Positions 13,753 to 25,439 of a DNA stretch of 64,000 nucleotides are shown here, piece by piece (position 1 is the stretch's first letter; each line of letters starts with the position of its first letter). The position numbers were made by a program, and so were the translations under genes. The DNA is from Hemiscyllium ocellatum (taxonomy: Eukaryota), in assembly GCF_020745735.1 (NCBI RefSeq), contig NC_083401.1:60757740-60821739 (forward strand), read 5' to 3'. Under the pieces are notes generated by a model. That model saw only the letters and a program-made list of their open reading frames with translations. It made no database searches and was not told the DNA's origin.

Positions 13753-15290
13753 CTTCGAGTAAAAAATGAGGTCTGCAGATGCTGGAGGTCACAGCTGAAA
13801 ATGTGTTGCTGGTTAAAGCACAGCAGGTTAGGCAGCATCTCAGGAATAGGGAATTCGACGTTTCGAGCATAAGCCCTTCATCAGGAATGAGAGAGAGTAG
13901 CCAAGCAGGCTAAGATAAAAGGTAGGGAGGAGGGACTTGGGGGAGGGGCGATGGAGGTGGGATAGGTGGAAGGAGGTCAAGGTGAGGGTGATAGGCCGGA
14001 GTGGGGTGGGGGCGGAGAGGTCAGTAAGGAGATTGCAGGTTAGGAGGGCGGTGCTGAGTTGAGGGAACCGACTGAGACAAGGTGGGGGGAGGGGAAATGA
14101 GGAAACTGGAGAAATCTGAATTCATACCTTGTGGTTGGAGGGTTCCCAGGCGGAAGATGAGGCGCTCCTCCTCCAGCCGTCGTGTTGTTATGTTCTGCCG
14201 GTGGAGGAGTCCAAGGACCTGCATGTCCTCGGTGGAGTGGGAGGGAGAGTTAAAGTGTTGAGCCACGTGGTGGTTGGGTTGGTTGGTCCGGTTGGTTGGT
14301 TCTCCACCGCACCTCCTCCACTTCCCGCTCCTCCGCCCTTGAGCCCCGCTCCTCCAACTGCCACCAAGACAGAACCCCACTGGTTCTCACCTACCACCCC
14401 ACCAACCTCCGCATACAACGTATCATCCGCATTCATTTCCGCCACCTCCAAACGGACCCCACCACCAAGGATATATTTCCCTCCCCTCCCCTATCAGCGT
14501 TCCGTAAGGACCACTCCCTTCGTGACTCCCTCGTCAGATCCACACCCCCCACCAACCCAACCTCCACCCCCGGCACCTTCCCCTGCAACCGCAGGAAATG
14601 TAAAACTTGCCCCCACACCTCCACACTCACTTCCCTCTAAGGCCCCAAGGGATCCTTCCATATCCGCCACAAGTTCACCTGTACCTCCACATACATCATC
14701 TATTGCATCCGCTGCACCCGATGTGGCCTCCTCTATATTGGGGAGACAGGCCGCTTACTTGCGGAACGCTTCAGAGAACACCTCTGGGCCGCCCGGACCA
14801 ACCAACCCAACCACCCCGTGGCTCAACACTTTAACTCTCCCTCCCACTCCACCGAGGACATGCAGGTCCTTGGACTCCTCCACCGGCAGAACATAACAAC
14901 ACGACGGCTGGAGGAGGAGCGCCTCATCTTCCACCTGGGAACCCTCCAACCACAAGGTATGAATTCAGATTTCTCCAGTTTCCTCATTTCCCCTCCCCCC
15001 ACCTTGTCTCAGTCGGTTCCCTCAACTCAGCACCGCCCTCCTAACCTGCAATCTCCTTACTGACCTCTCCGCCCCCACCCCACTCCGGCCTATCACCCTC
15101 ACCTTGACCTCCTTCCACCTATCCCACCTCCATCGCCCCTCCCCCAAGTCCCTCCTCCCTACCTTTTATCTTAGCCTGCTTGGCTACTCTCTCTCATTCC
15201 TGATGAAGGGCTTATGCTCGAAACGTCGAATTCCCTATTCCTGAGATGCTGCCTAACCTGCTGTGCTTTAACCAGCAACACATTTTCAGC
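13753..15290 (+). mobile_element. Penelope-like retroelement 3' part (GIY-YIG endonuclease) with an inverted terminal repeat of about 500 bp
   Basis: HKFTCTSTYIIYCIRCTRCGLLYIGETGRLLAERFREHL (GIY-YIG with Cys motifs) on +; about 13790-14290 is the reverse complement of about 14790-15290; 17-nt direct repeat GCTGTAATACAATTGAT at 13736 and 15289. Confidence 0.9.
15196..15232 (+). ncRNA. Minimal type I hammerhead ribozyme motif in the Penelope terminal repeat (antisense twin at 13852-13888)
   Basis: ATTC-CTGATGA-A-GGGC-TTAT-GCTC-GAAA-C-GTC-GAAT: catalytic core, stem II, palindromic ACGT stem III and stem I ATTC/GAAT. Confidence 0.7.
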
Positions 15291-16040
15291 TGTAATACAA
15301 TTGATGAATTGTGGATATTGTTTGGATAACACAAGCTTTCTACTGAACGGGTATTGCGATTTTCTACAGTGATTTTCTGTAGTGGCTTTCCATCGCATGA
15401 TTTTCTATTGCACGAAACTGCAAAGGATCGCAACCATCGTGTTATACCAGAACACCCTGTAATTCATTGATGTTCCATAAATGTCAAGAGCAGACACGTG
15501 TAAAAGAACAATACACTCAAATTATTTAAGGAATCCTTTCTGACTCTCAAAAGGACATCTTATTGCAGATAATTGAAATGACTTCCCTGAGATGGCTAGT
15601 CTTGGATGAACCTGAGCCAAACTTCTCAAAGTTCGAGGGAATGCCAGGTCTTCAAAACCTTTGATAATACTTTCCACTGTTGACTATCTTTAGTACAAAA
15701 TACAGCTAATTATAAATCAATTTTATATTACTTAATCAACAATCATAAATAATTGTTATTTGCACCCAACTTAAAAGGAGACTTTTAAATCTTTTCCCTT
15801 ACTCTCCTGAGAAGTCTGGATCACATTTGCACTAAATGAGTGCTTTTCCTGTGCTCATCCTTCATCCATTTAGACATGCAACATTCTCTAAGTAGCGAGC
15901 AGACACAGAAACTAAATTAATCTTTCTCCTCACTAACACAAACTCAGCTCTATTGTAATGCATCTTGAAGTATAGACGAACGATTGAGTAACTTAAACCA
16001 CAAATTGAACCTGCTTCTTGACCTATAGTTAAAAATTGAT

Positions 16041-16263
16041 GGGAGAAATTGAGGACAGCAGATGCTGGAGATCAGAGTTGAGAGTGTGGTGCTGGAAAAA
16101 CACAGCAGGTCAGACAGCATCTAAGGACCAGGAGAATTGACGTTTCAGGCATAAGCCCTTCATCAGGAAATCTCTGATGAAGGGCTTATGCCCGAAAGAT
16201 CAATTCTCCTGCTCCTCGGATGCTGCCTGACCAGTGTGTTTTTCCAGCACCACGCTGTCAACT
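16041..16263. mobile_element. Short hairpin element derived from a Penelope terminal repeat, with two inverted hammerhead motifs
   Basis: ...GCCCTTCATCAGGAAA-TCT-CTGATGAAGGGCTTATGCCCGAAA...; AAATTGATG duplicated on both flanks. Confidence 0.8.
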
Positions 16264-16902
16264 TAGAAATTGATGCCCTTCCTCACGTGGCATCAATTGG
16301 TGGCAGGGGACATCATATGAGAAGATGGTGTCTCTGTCCTGATTAAAGCCATGGCAGAAAGGATTATGGACATCATTTCCACTCCACTTCCAACTGAGGC
16401 CTTAAATTAAGGCCCACTAGAGGACATCATCCGGATGCCACTGCTCAGTGGTGGGAGGAGCACCTACCATGCTGGAAACCTGAAAAGCAAAGGTGATCAG
16501 AAGTTCTTGCAGGGTCCCAGGGTTGGGCAGGGAGGAATTCCCTGTTCGAAGGCACTCACTGCTTGATCAAGGGACCCAGCTTTGAGAATCACCTTCTCGC
16601 CCAATTCGTTTCATTACTGAAACATAGGTACAATTCTATGTGCCCATAAACACATTGTTCAATACCTGGACAAATAATCTCTTTTGATGTAATTGCAATC
16701 ATGCCCATGTGCTGTAGTGATCCATTGTTGTTAGACAATCAACTCTAAGTAATCACATTTAGTGACAGAGCAAAAGAGTTAAATTCTTGGTTTTCCATTC
16801 TTTTGATCCTTCACAATTAGTGAATATTATATTTAGAATAATTAGTTAATCTTCTGAAGTCTTCATGTTGCTGTTTCTCATCTCTTCTGTATCTCTTTCC
16901 TG

Positions 16903-17465
16903 TCATAGAGTTATAGAGATGTACAGTACGGAAACAGACCCACAGTACAACTCGCCCATGCCGACCAGTTATTCTAGATAAATCTATTCCCATTTGCTAA
17001 CACTTAGTCCATATCCATCTAAACCCTTCCTATTCATATATCCGTCCAGGTGCCTTTCAAATGTTGTAATTGTACCAGCCTCCACCAGTTCCTCCAGCAG
17101 TTCATTCCATACGTACAACACTCTCTACATGAAAACGTTGCCCCTTAGGTCCCTTTTAAATTTTTTCCATCTCACCCTAAACCTATGCCCTCTAGTTTGG
17201 ACTCCCCCACCCCAGGGAAAAAACCTTGTCTGTTTATCCTATCCATGCCCCTCATGATTTTATAAGCCTCTATAACGTCACCCCTCAGCCTCTGATGTTC
17301 CAGGGAAAACAACCCCAGCCTATTCAGCCTCTCTCTATAGTGCAAATACTCCAACCCTGGCAACATCCTTGTAATTCTTTTCTGAACCCTTTCAGGTTTC
17401 ACAACATCCCTCTGATAGGAAGGAGACCAGAATTGCACACAATATTCCAGAAGTGGCCTGCCAAT
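16903..17465 (-). mobile_element. CR1 LINE 3' fragment (family A)
   Basis: QFWSPSYQRDVVKPERVQKRITRMLPGL on -. Confidence 0.9.
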
Positions 17466-18769
17466 CTATCCATTCTGCTTTCTTCACTTTGCCTTTTTCT
17501 TCTTTCTCTGCTGGGGAAATAATTGGGATGGCCTGGTGCTGCTGAAGTAAAAGTCACCAAAGATAGAAGCCTGTTTGTTGTACTACATTCATGTTAGGGT
17601 GCAGGCTTCAGTGTCTCTCCCTCAACTCCAATCTTGTGTTCTGTCTTCCTTCTTTTTCACCTTTTTTGCTCTTCCTTCTCCTTCCCATTTTCCATTCACT
17701 CTCATTGCCCTGTTTTGGTTCTTTCCTTGAAATAATTTAAAGGAAAGCTAACTGAACAGAAAGTACTTTAACGGGAGTAACACTGTCCAACCTACAAAGA
17801 ATTATTTGTATTTCAAGAGGCTATTCAGCCATGATCATACCGTTCAGCAAAGAGTTATCTGACCTTATTCCATCTTCAGTTTTTGATATGTAGCCCTGTA
17901 GATCACAGCACTTTGAGTGCATGTCCAAATGTTTTTAAATGCCATGAGGGTTTTGCCTCAATCATCCTTTCAGGACTGAGTTCCAGAGCCCCTTCATCCC
18001 CTGGGTGAAAATATTACTCGACCCCCCTCTAACCCTTTTACCATTCACTTCATATCTCCATCTCCAATTACTGTAGGGTGGATGTTATGGAGTGCAACTT
18101 TGCCTACACTCCGGCTAAAAAGTCAGCAGGAGCCTGTGCATGATCTTGACAGCTGCCACCCAGTAATTTATCACTGGGAGCAATATTAATTACTTTAAAG
18201 TGAGAGTCCCAACCTTTCTTGGGACGACATTACATGGGATTGTTCTGTAGTCCCACCAGTGCCAGCAGGAATGGTGAAACTTGCTGGGACTACAGACCCA
18301 TTTTCCCAAGGAGCTCAGGTAACTCTGGGTCTGGGTGTCTTGGTGAGCAGGAGTGGGATTTGCAAGTGGGACTTCAGCTGGTGGAGGTGGTAAGAAGAAC
18401 TAGGTGCAAGTGGTCAGAGAGGTTAGTTATAAGGATTGAGGGACTTGGGACGGGTGCCTCTGATGGGCCATAAGTGACCAATAATTGTCCACTAAGGGCC
18501 TCAATATGTCCAAAGGTGAGTGGGCCACCTGAAACCTCCTTGACATGCCATAATATTTCAGACAAGTTGGAGAGGGCATTTAATTGGTGGGAGGACCATC
18601 TAATGTAATTTTGTGTTTTCCCCCCACCCCTTCCATCCCATAAACATATACCCTGAATTTGCTACTGGGGAGTGAAATCTATATTCACTCTGTCTAGGCC
18701 TCTTATAAATTTAGTTCAGGCTTGACTATATCTAAGAACCTAGACTGCAGTAAAGAACCCCACAAATTC

Positions 18770-19520
18770 ACCGCCCTTGCCATCTCCGGCTTAACTGTTC
18801 ATTCCGTTATTCTGAGATAATGCCCTCTGGTCCAAGTACTCTGATTAAATATGTTAATGACAATATGAGGAAATGTACTATAGCCAGATCTACCCTGTTG
18901 AGTTCCTTAAGAAACTTGTATGCTTCAATAATGTTGTCTCTTAGTCTTCGAAATGTCAATCCTTATCAGGTACAGGTTTTATATGAGTACAACCTACTCA
19001 ATTTGTCTTACTAAGACAGTCCCTCTATATCAGGAATCAGCTGAGTGAACCTTCTTTGGACTGCTTCTAATGTCAGTATGTATTTCCTTAGATAAGGAGC
19101 CCAAGCATGGTCAGAGTATTCCAGCTGTAATCTGATAAGTGCATTGTATAGTTTTAACAAAACCTTACAATTCCATTGAAATAGAGGTGAACATTCCCTT
19201 TGACTTCTCTATGACTCACTGAACTTGGAGGCTAGTTTTTTTTGTCATCTGAGGGTGAGGACTCCCAAATTTCTCTGTTCTGTAACTATCTGCAGTTTTT
19301 CTTCATTTAAATAATAATAAGTTCCTCTATCCTTTCTGTCAAAGTGCATAACCTCACATTTTCTCACCTTATATTCCATCTGTCAACATTTTGCCCATTC
19401 ACTTAACCTGTCTGTATTCCTCTGCAGACTCTTTGTGTCATTCTCATCAATCACCTTTCCACCTATTGTTGTGTCACCTCTAAACCTGGTCATAATCCAT
19501 TTCATTGTATAGTTATTAAC
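18770..19520 (-). mobile_element. Old degenerate CR1 fragment
   Basis: Decayed antisense RT C-terminal sequence comparable to the younger CR1 copies. Confidence 0.55.
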
Positions 19521-19976
19521 ACATATTGTAAATAATAAGTTTCAATAACAGCAAACAACCCTTCCAGTGAACTCAATAACCAGTTTGTACAATCACAGAT
19601 GGTATCCAATCACTAATAAACAATAACTGTTGCTGGTAATATCTTTGACATTCCATAAAAACTATCAGAGTGCCAGATGTTACAGTAACTTAGAATGAGT
19701 ACCCTGTACTTATTAAACTTCTGTTTTAAATTTAATGCATAATGGATAGAGGTATAATAATTGAAATGTGCTACAGAAACTGTGTCTCTCTTAAAGTAGG
19801 AATATGCTTTTTGCAATTGGTTGTTTGCTTACTCAGGCTTATAAGGCAGGATTTCACAGAGTAGACTGCTTCAAAAGCATATTATTCCTAGTGGTAAGGT
19901 TGTCAGAGTTAGAAATTATTCCACACAAAACCATGTTTTTTCTATATATATATTAATTGTTGATCATCATTTCTAT

Positions 19977-20860
19977 GTGGGTAGCAAAAAGCATAAGGGA
20001 CTGTCAGAAAATACAGGAGGATATAGATAGACTGGAGAGTTGGGCGGAAAAGTGGCAGATGGCTTTCAATCCAGACAAATGTGTGGTGATGCATTTAAGC
20101 AAGTCTAATTCTAGAACGAATTATACAATGAATGGAAGAGCCTTGGAAAAAGTTGATGGACAGAGAGATCTGGGAGTGCAGGTCCATTGTACTCTGAAGG
20201 TTGCTGCACAGGTGGATAGAGTGGTCAAGAAGGCATTTGGTATGCTTGCCTTCATTGGACGGGGTATTGAGTATAAGAGCTGGCAAGTCATGTTAACATT
20301 GTACAAGACATTGGTTCGGCCGCATTTAGAATACTGTGTACAGTTCTAGTTGCTACATTATCAAACGGATGTGGACGCTTTGGAGAGGATGCAGAGAAGG
20401 TTTACGAGGATGTTGCCTGGCATGGAAAGTGCTAGCTATGAAAAGAGGTTGAGTAGGTTAGATTTATTTTCATTAGAAAAAAGTAGATTGAGGGGGGAAC
20501 CTGATGGAGGTTTACAAAATCATGAAGGGCATGGGCAGGGTGGAGAGAGACAAGCTTTTTCCCAGGGTGAAGGATTCAATAACCAGAAGTCATGCTTTCA
20601 AAGTGAGAGGTGAAAAGTTTAAGGGGGAATACACGCAGCTAGTACTTCACACAGAGGGTGGTAGAGGTTGCCAGCAGAGGTGGTAGAGGCAGGCATGGTA
20701 GATTCATTTAAGATGCGTCTGGACAGATGCATGAGTAGGTGGGGAGCAGAAGGATACAAATACTTAGGAATTGCCCAACAGGTTTAGATAGTACATTTGG
20801 ATCGGCTCATGCTTGAAGGGCCGAAGGGCCTGTTCCTGGGCTGTAAATTTTCTTTGTTCT
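19977..20860 (+). mobile_element. CR1 LINE 3' fragment (family B)
   Basis: IQEDIDRLESWAEKWQM...[12 protein letters not shown]; near-identical to the antisense of 1530-2410 and to 37310-38190. Confidence 0.93.
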
Positions 20861-21325
20861 ATCAGGTACCGAGAGATTCAGGACTTATTTTCAGCCCCTT
20901 GCTGGGACAGGGAGATATATTTACTATTGTTTTGAAGTATTTCAGTTCTCAGTTTCCACATTCTATGTGGAGGCTTTAAATAAAATTAAATTTTATGTAT
21001 AAAATGGGAAGTCAGAGTTTTATTTTTGTTTTGAGGTCATTTCTTCTGCTTGTCTATTCTCTACAGGCCACTCATACTTTGCCTGTGGAGCAGAATTCTG
21101 GATTCTGCTTTGAAACTCCATACAAAAATATGATTTCTTAACCAGATGATCCATGAGGAGAGAACATGCAACCAGTCAATCTGGGCTGTCATGTTTCAGC
21201 TGAAATACACTATTGTTGCTGTTTTGATTATGAAGTACTTCTGTTAAACTGCGTTGTCTATTTGATACGTTCCGTAATGTCTTTTCACCTACAGCATTCT
21301 TAAGCCTTTAAACTCTGTTTTTCAG

Positions 21326-21443
21326 TCTTGAAGAATTATCCCATTCCACCCAGGAGAAACAGAAATTACAGGCTGTTTTGTCCTCAATAATGGCTAAAGC
21401 AGATATCGAAAAAGTAATACAGGAAGCTGAAACAGTAGCTGAG
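21326..21443 (+). CDS. PDZD2: PDZD2 exon, linker before the penultimate PDZ: (S)LEELSHSTQEKQKLQAVLSSIMAKADIEKVIQEAETVAE
   Basis: Acceptor ctgtttttcag|T and donor GAG|GTGAGA; 118 nt, phase 2 in and phase 0 out, matching both neighbours. Resembles recalled human LDQLLVSAGDQQRLQSVLSSV...IQEAK. Not in the ORF track. Confidence 0.9.
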
Positions 21444-22809
21444 GTGAGATGTTCCAACATTCTGAATCCCCAGATGTCAGAGCTGGAGCCTAACATTGCA
21501 GATTTTTGTTAGTTCCCATTGCTTGTGAGCAGGTATGCTGTTTGTGCTTGTAACCATGGAAGTGAGCACTGCAAGAAAAAAACTGTTGAAAAAAGTGCTA
21601 ATAGCATTATTGCCTGTTTTAGCATTATTCAAGTTTTTCAGTTCTTTTGGGGTACACCAATTATTAGCAACAATGCATATCAGTTGTTTACATAAAGTTC
21701 GCAGCAGGGAAATAGATGCTGGTGTCTCAGTTTGTATGCCTGTAACTACAGAAATGGCAATTTGTGTTTATAGTAGTATTATTCCAGCAGTTGTCTTTTA
21801 TCACCTACAAAGATCTTGTGGACAGTACAACCTGGATGATTCTGAATTGATGGTCTTTAAACTCTGCCTGATTTTTCTTCTTCCATTGCCCTAAACGCCA
21901 AACAACACCCATTAGATTATAAATAGACTTGTTGCCACCAGTGGCCAATTTCAGCACCTTTGTGTCCTATTGCGAGATCTGTGGGCATGCAATAATATTT
22001 TCCATGTCAAGTTCAGTTCTCAAAACAATCCATTATCAGGAAGTAATAGTCAATTCTGTATTTATGATCCCGTTCATACTTTTAGTTGAAAGTTTTTTTC
22101 ATATTTGACTGCAATAAATGGTCCTGTGGGCAATTTGTGTTGGTCATTCCAGTCATGCTGAATGTAAAGATAATATCTAATTTTTGTTACAGACCCACTG
22201 CTTACTGTCAGATCAGCTATGTTTATTCTAGCTATGGGCAGGTTGTAATCACGGCCTACCTGTAGAGGTGTGTTCTGAAAATTACCAGGGTATATAGGCT
22301 GTCATTGTAGAAGGGTCTACTTTAGAATATTGAAGTTATGAATATGAACTGTCAACTAGGATTCTGCTGTATAAAATTTAGAGTGCAACAAAAAGAACCA
22401 GGTTACCTATCCAAAGAATTTCAGTAAAATAAATGGGATATAAATGACTTACAGTTATTTCTGGATCAGTGTAGTAAAATTATTGAACATGGGGGACATG
22501 AGAAGTCATTGGCAGATAGGATCGAGGAAAACCTTAAAGCTTCCTATAGGTAATGCTGTATATGTTCTATGGCAAGTGTATTTTTGCTAGATTTGAAACA
22601 GTTTTTGCTATCCTGTCCCTGCTTAATGCAGCAGTTTTTGCTGCAATTTTTAAAAACATATTTTGTTATTCCTTTTCATTTTATTTATTTTGTTATATGG
22701 AAAACTAATGGGTAATACTTCAGCCTTACTCAATCTCAGAAGATAGAACATTTTCCCCTTATCCAGCAAATTTGTTCTGTGGCCTTTCTGAGTTGCAATA
22801 TTATATTTA

Positions 22810-23020
22810 GGATGTGGAGGAGCCAGGTTGGTCTAGAATGGATAAAGTTAAAAATCACACAACACCAGGTTATAGTCCAACAGGTTTATTTGGAAATACT
22901 AGGTTTTGGAGTGACGCTCCTTCATCGGGAACCTTCACCTGATGAAAGAGCAGTGCTCTGAAAGCTAATATTTCCAAATAAACCTGCTGAACTATAGCCT
23001 GGTGTTGTGTGATTTTTAAT
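22810..23020. mobile_element. Short hairpin element, second hammerhead-bearing family
   Basis: Inverted arms AAAAATCACACAACACCAGGTTATAGT / ACTATAGCCTGGTGTTGTGTGATTTTT; motif CTGATGA-A-AGAGC-AGT-GCTCT-GAAA-G-CTA at 22939-22967. Confidence 0.75.
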
Positions 23021-24194
23021 ATCATATTTATGTAGCAATAACTCAGAAGATGAAACCATCTTCATGATTTAGTCTGTTGCATGAGGATTTTTAGCCTTAA
23101 TTCAACACAGAGGACAGGGAATGGAATTTTACTTCCTGTTTATTCTTTACTGTGCTGCTGGTGCTCCCAACAAAAGCAACACAGCAATAATGTGGCTAAA
23201 GCAATGCAATTCTTTGCTCTGGATCCCTGTACACTGTGACATAATGGAATATTCCTAGTGAATTTCACATAAATATTAAATGAAGTTTTCATCTCATCAT
23301 TTTAACCAGATCAAGTCCAAGTCACAGTGGTTGAAGTCCCATAACTATTTCACTTTTTTCCTGGTGTTCTAAATCTCTCATTTCTCTATCTTAAACTTAG
23401 TGCAACCAAATACGATTGCAAATCCAAACCAGGCTTCCTATGAATAATGCCTGATTAACGCCTGATTAACATGAAGACTTGGAAACTTAAACTGAGATTT
23501 TCCAATGGGTATCTGAAAGGGCAGGTATATTAATAATAGATGCTAATGGCATGGTGATGCTGTAAATGCATTTTCTGTCAAGATGACAGAATAGATAGCA
23601 CTGACACAATGAGACTAAATCATTTCTCCTGCAAGCACCTTAGAAGGGCCTGCTAATTTTAGCAGCAGTACCATTTCAGGAGTGGCTTTGATTTTTTTTC
23701 TTTATTCTTTCATGGGGTTTGCCTGCTGTTTTATGTCTACTTTGCCTTTAAGATATCTTATCTTTTAAGAGTTCCACGTGCTGTGGGTATGTAATGTTGT
23801 AACATTTCCTAGTAGTTGGCATGCTCTGCTATGTGTCTGCAAACTGCATACACTACTGAATTGGTTTGCTATAATGTCTGCTTCATGACTTGCAATAAAT
23901 TTTATTTCCTGATTTAAATAAACAAACCAACGGAATTAACCATTTAATATCAGACCATTATCATGACAAGTGTCACTAGCAAAGCCAGCATTTGTTGACC
24001 ATTCCTAACTGCCCTGGAACTGATAGACTTGCTTGGTCATTTCTGAGGGCAGTTAAGTATCAACCACATTTCTGTGGAGTCCGGAGTAATTTAGACCAGG
24101 CAAGGCTGACCGATTCCCTCTGTAAAGGGAATAATGGACCAGACAATAGCGAGTCAGAGTTTGGTTTTTACAACATTCACTGAGAATACTGAAT

Positions 24195-24771
24195 GGAATC
24201 CTAGCATCCCTACAGTGTGGGAGCAGGCCATTTGGCCCATCAAGTCCACACTAACCTTTTGAAGAGCATCCCACGCACACCCAAACCCTCTACCTTGTCC
24301 CTGTAAACCTGCATTTCCTATTAAAAAATGAGGTCTGCAGATGCTGGAGATCACAGCTGCAAATGTGTTGCTGGTCAAAGCACAGCAGGCCAGGCAGCAT
24401 CTCAGGAATAGAGAATTCGACGTTTCGAGCATAAGCCCTTCATCAGGAATAATTCCTGATGAAGGGCTTATGCTCGAAACGTCGAATTCTCTATTCCTGA
24501 GATGCTGCCTGGCCTGCTGTGCTTTGACCAGCAACACATTTGCAGCTGCATTTCCTATGGCCAATCCACCTAGCCTACACATTCTTGGACACTACTGACC
24601 AACCCACCTAATCTGCACATCTTTGGACTGTGGAAGGAAACTGAAGCACCCGGAGGAAATCCATGCAGACATGGGGAGAATGTGCAAACTCCACACGATC
24701 ATCCAAGGGTGGAATCGAACCCAGGTCCCTGGCACTGTGAGGCTGCAGTGCTAACCACTGAGCCACCATGC
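24195..24771 (-). mobile_element. HE1-type SINE interrupted by a palindromic element
   Basis: SINE tail at about 24195-24320 and head to 24771, split at the duplicated CTGCATTTCCTAT. Confidence 0.85.
24322..24548. mobile_element. Perfect palindromic Penelope-derived element (97-bp arms, 1-nt spacer) with two inverted hammerhead motifs
   Basis: 24354-24450 is the exact reverse complement of 24452-24548; 13-nt duplication at 24309 and 24546. Confidence 0.92.
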
Positions 24772-25439
24772 TTTTACAAGATTGGCTTTCAATTCCTGAA
24801 TTATTAATTTAATTTAAATTTCAGCAGTTGCTGTATTGGGATTTGAGTCAGCATGACCTCTGAGCCACTAGATTACCAGGTCAGCATCATTACCATTACC
24901 TCACCAAATTTGCTACTTGTGTTCCACTGCTACCAGTTTGCCACACAAGTGATCTGTGCAATAAAAGAATATTGAGAAACAGGAAAATAGTGCTGTGCAC
25001 GTTTTTCGTACTGTGTTGCTGGGGATTCAGCATGTCACTTGTTGCATTTCTGCCATATCTCTTTTGCCAAATAATAACAATTCTGTCTCTTGTCACTGGA
25101 TATAGTACTTTGAAATACTGGAGATAACAGATCAATTTCTAATGATTTGCATGTCATTTTCACAGAAAATCATAATACATTTGGAGGTTGCACTAACAGA
25201 ATTAATATTAATAATTGGAAAATTGGGTGGTCGTCAAGCAAGCTCCATGCCAGGAAATTTCCATGGAATTGTTTACTTTTCTTGTCTGACCTCTTTGTTT
25301 ATGTAATTCTGTCTCTGCTCTTGAAATGAATTATACCAAGTCCACATTTATAGAAGGAGCAACTCAGCAGAGGGTTGAGACGTCTAATTATTAAACATTA
25401 GCTTGATATGATGAGCAATTGACTTCTCTACTGGAAGAA

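Larger units (their letters stand above)
13694..15459. mobile_element. Non-autonomous DNA transposon (MITE, Tc1/mariner-Tigger-like ends) split by a Penelope insertion
   Basis: Terminal inverted repeats CAGGTCGTTCTGGTATAA (13694) and TTATACCAGAACACCCTG (ending 15459, followed by TA); roughly 210-230 bp once the insert is removed. Confidence 0.65.

Noticed and set aside
14129-14896. 255-aa Pro/Thr-rich ORF and overlapping ORFs
   Set aside because: These are alternative frames of the C-rich Penelope sequence and its inversion.
24322-24548. Palindromic elements as DNA-transposon MITEs or CRISPR-like repeats
   Set aside because: The arms match the Penelope terminal repeat, the ends are asymmetric, duplications are long and variable, and there is no repeat-spacer array.
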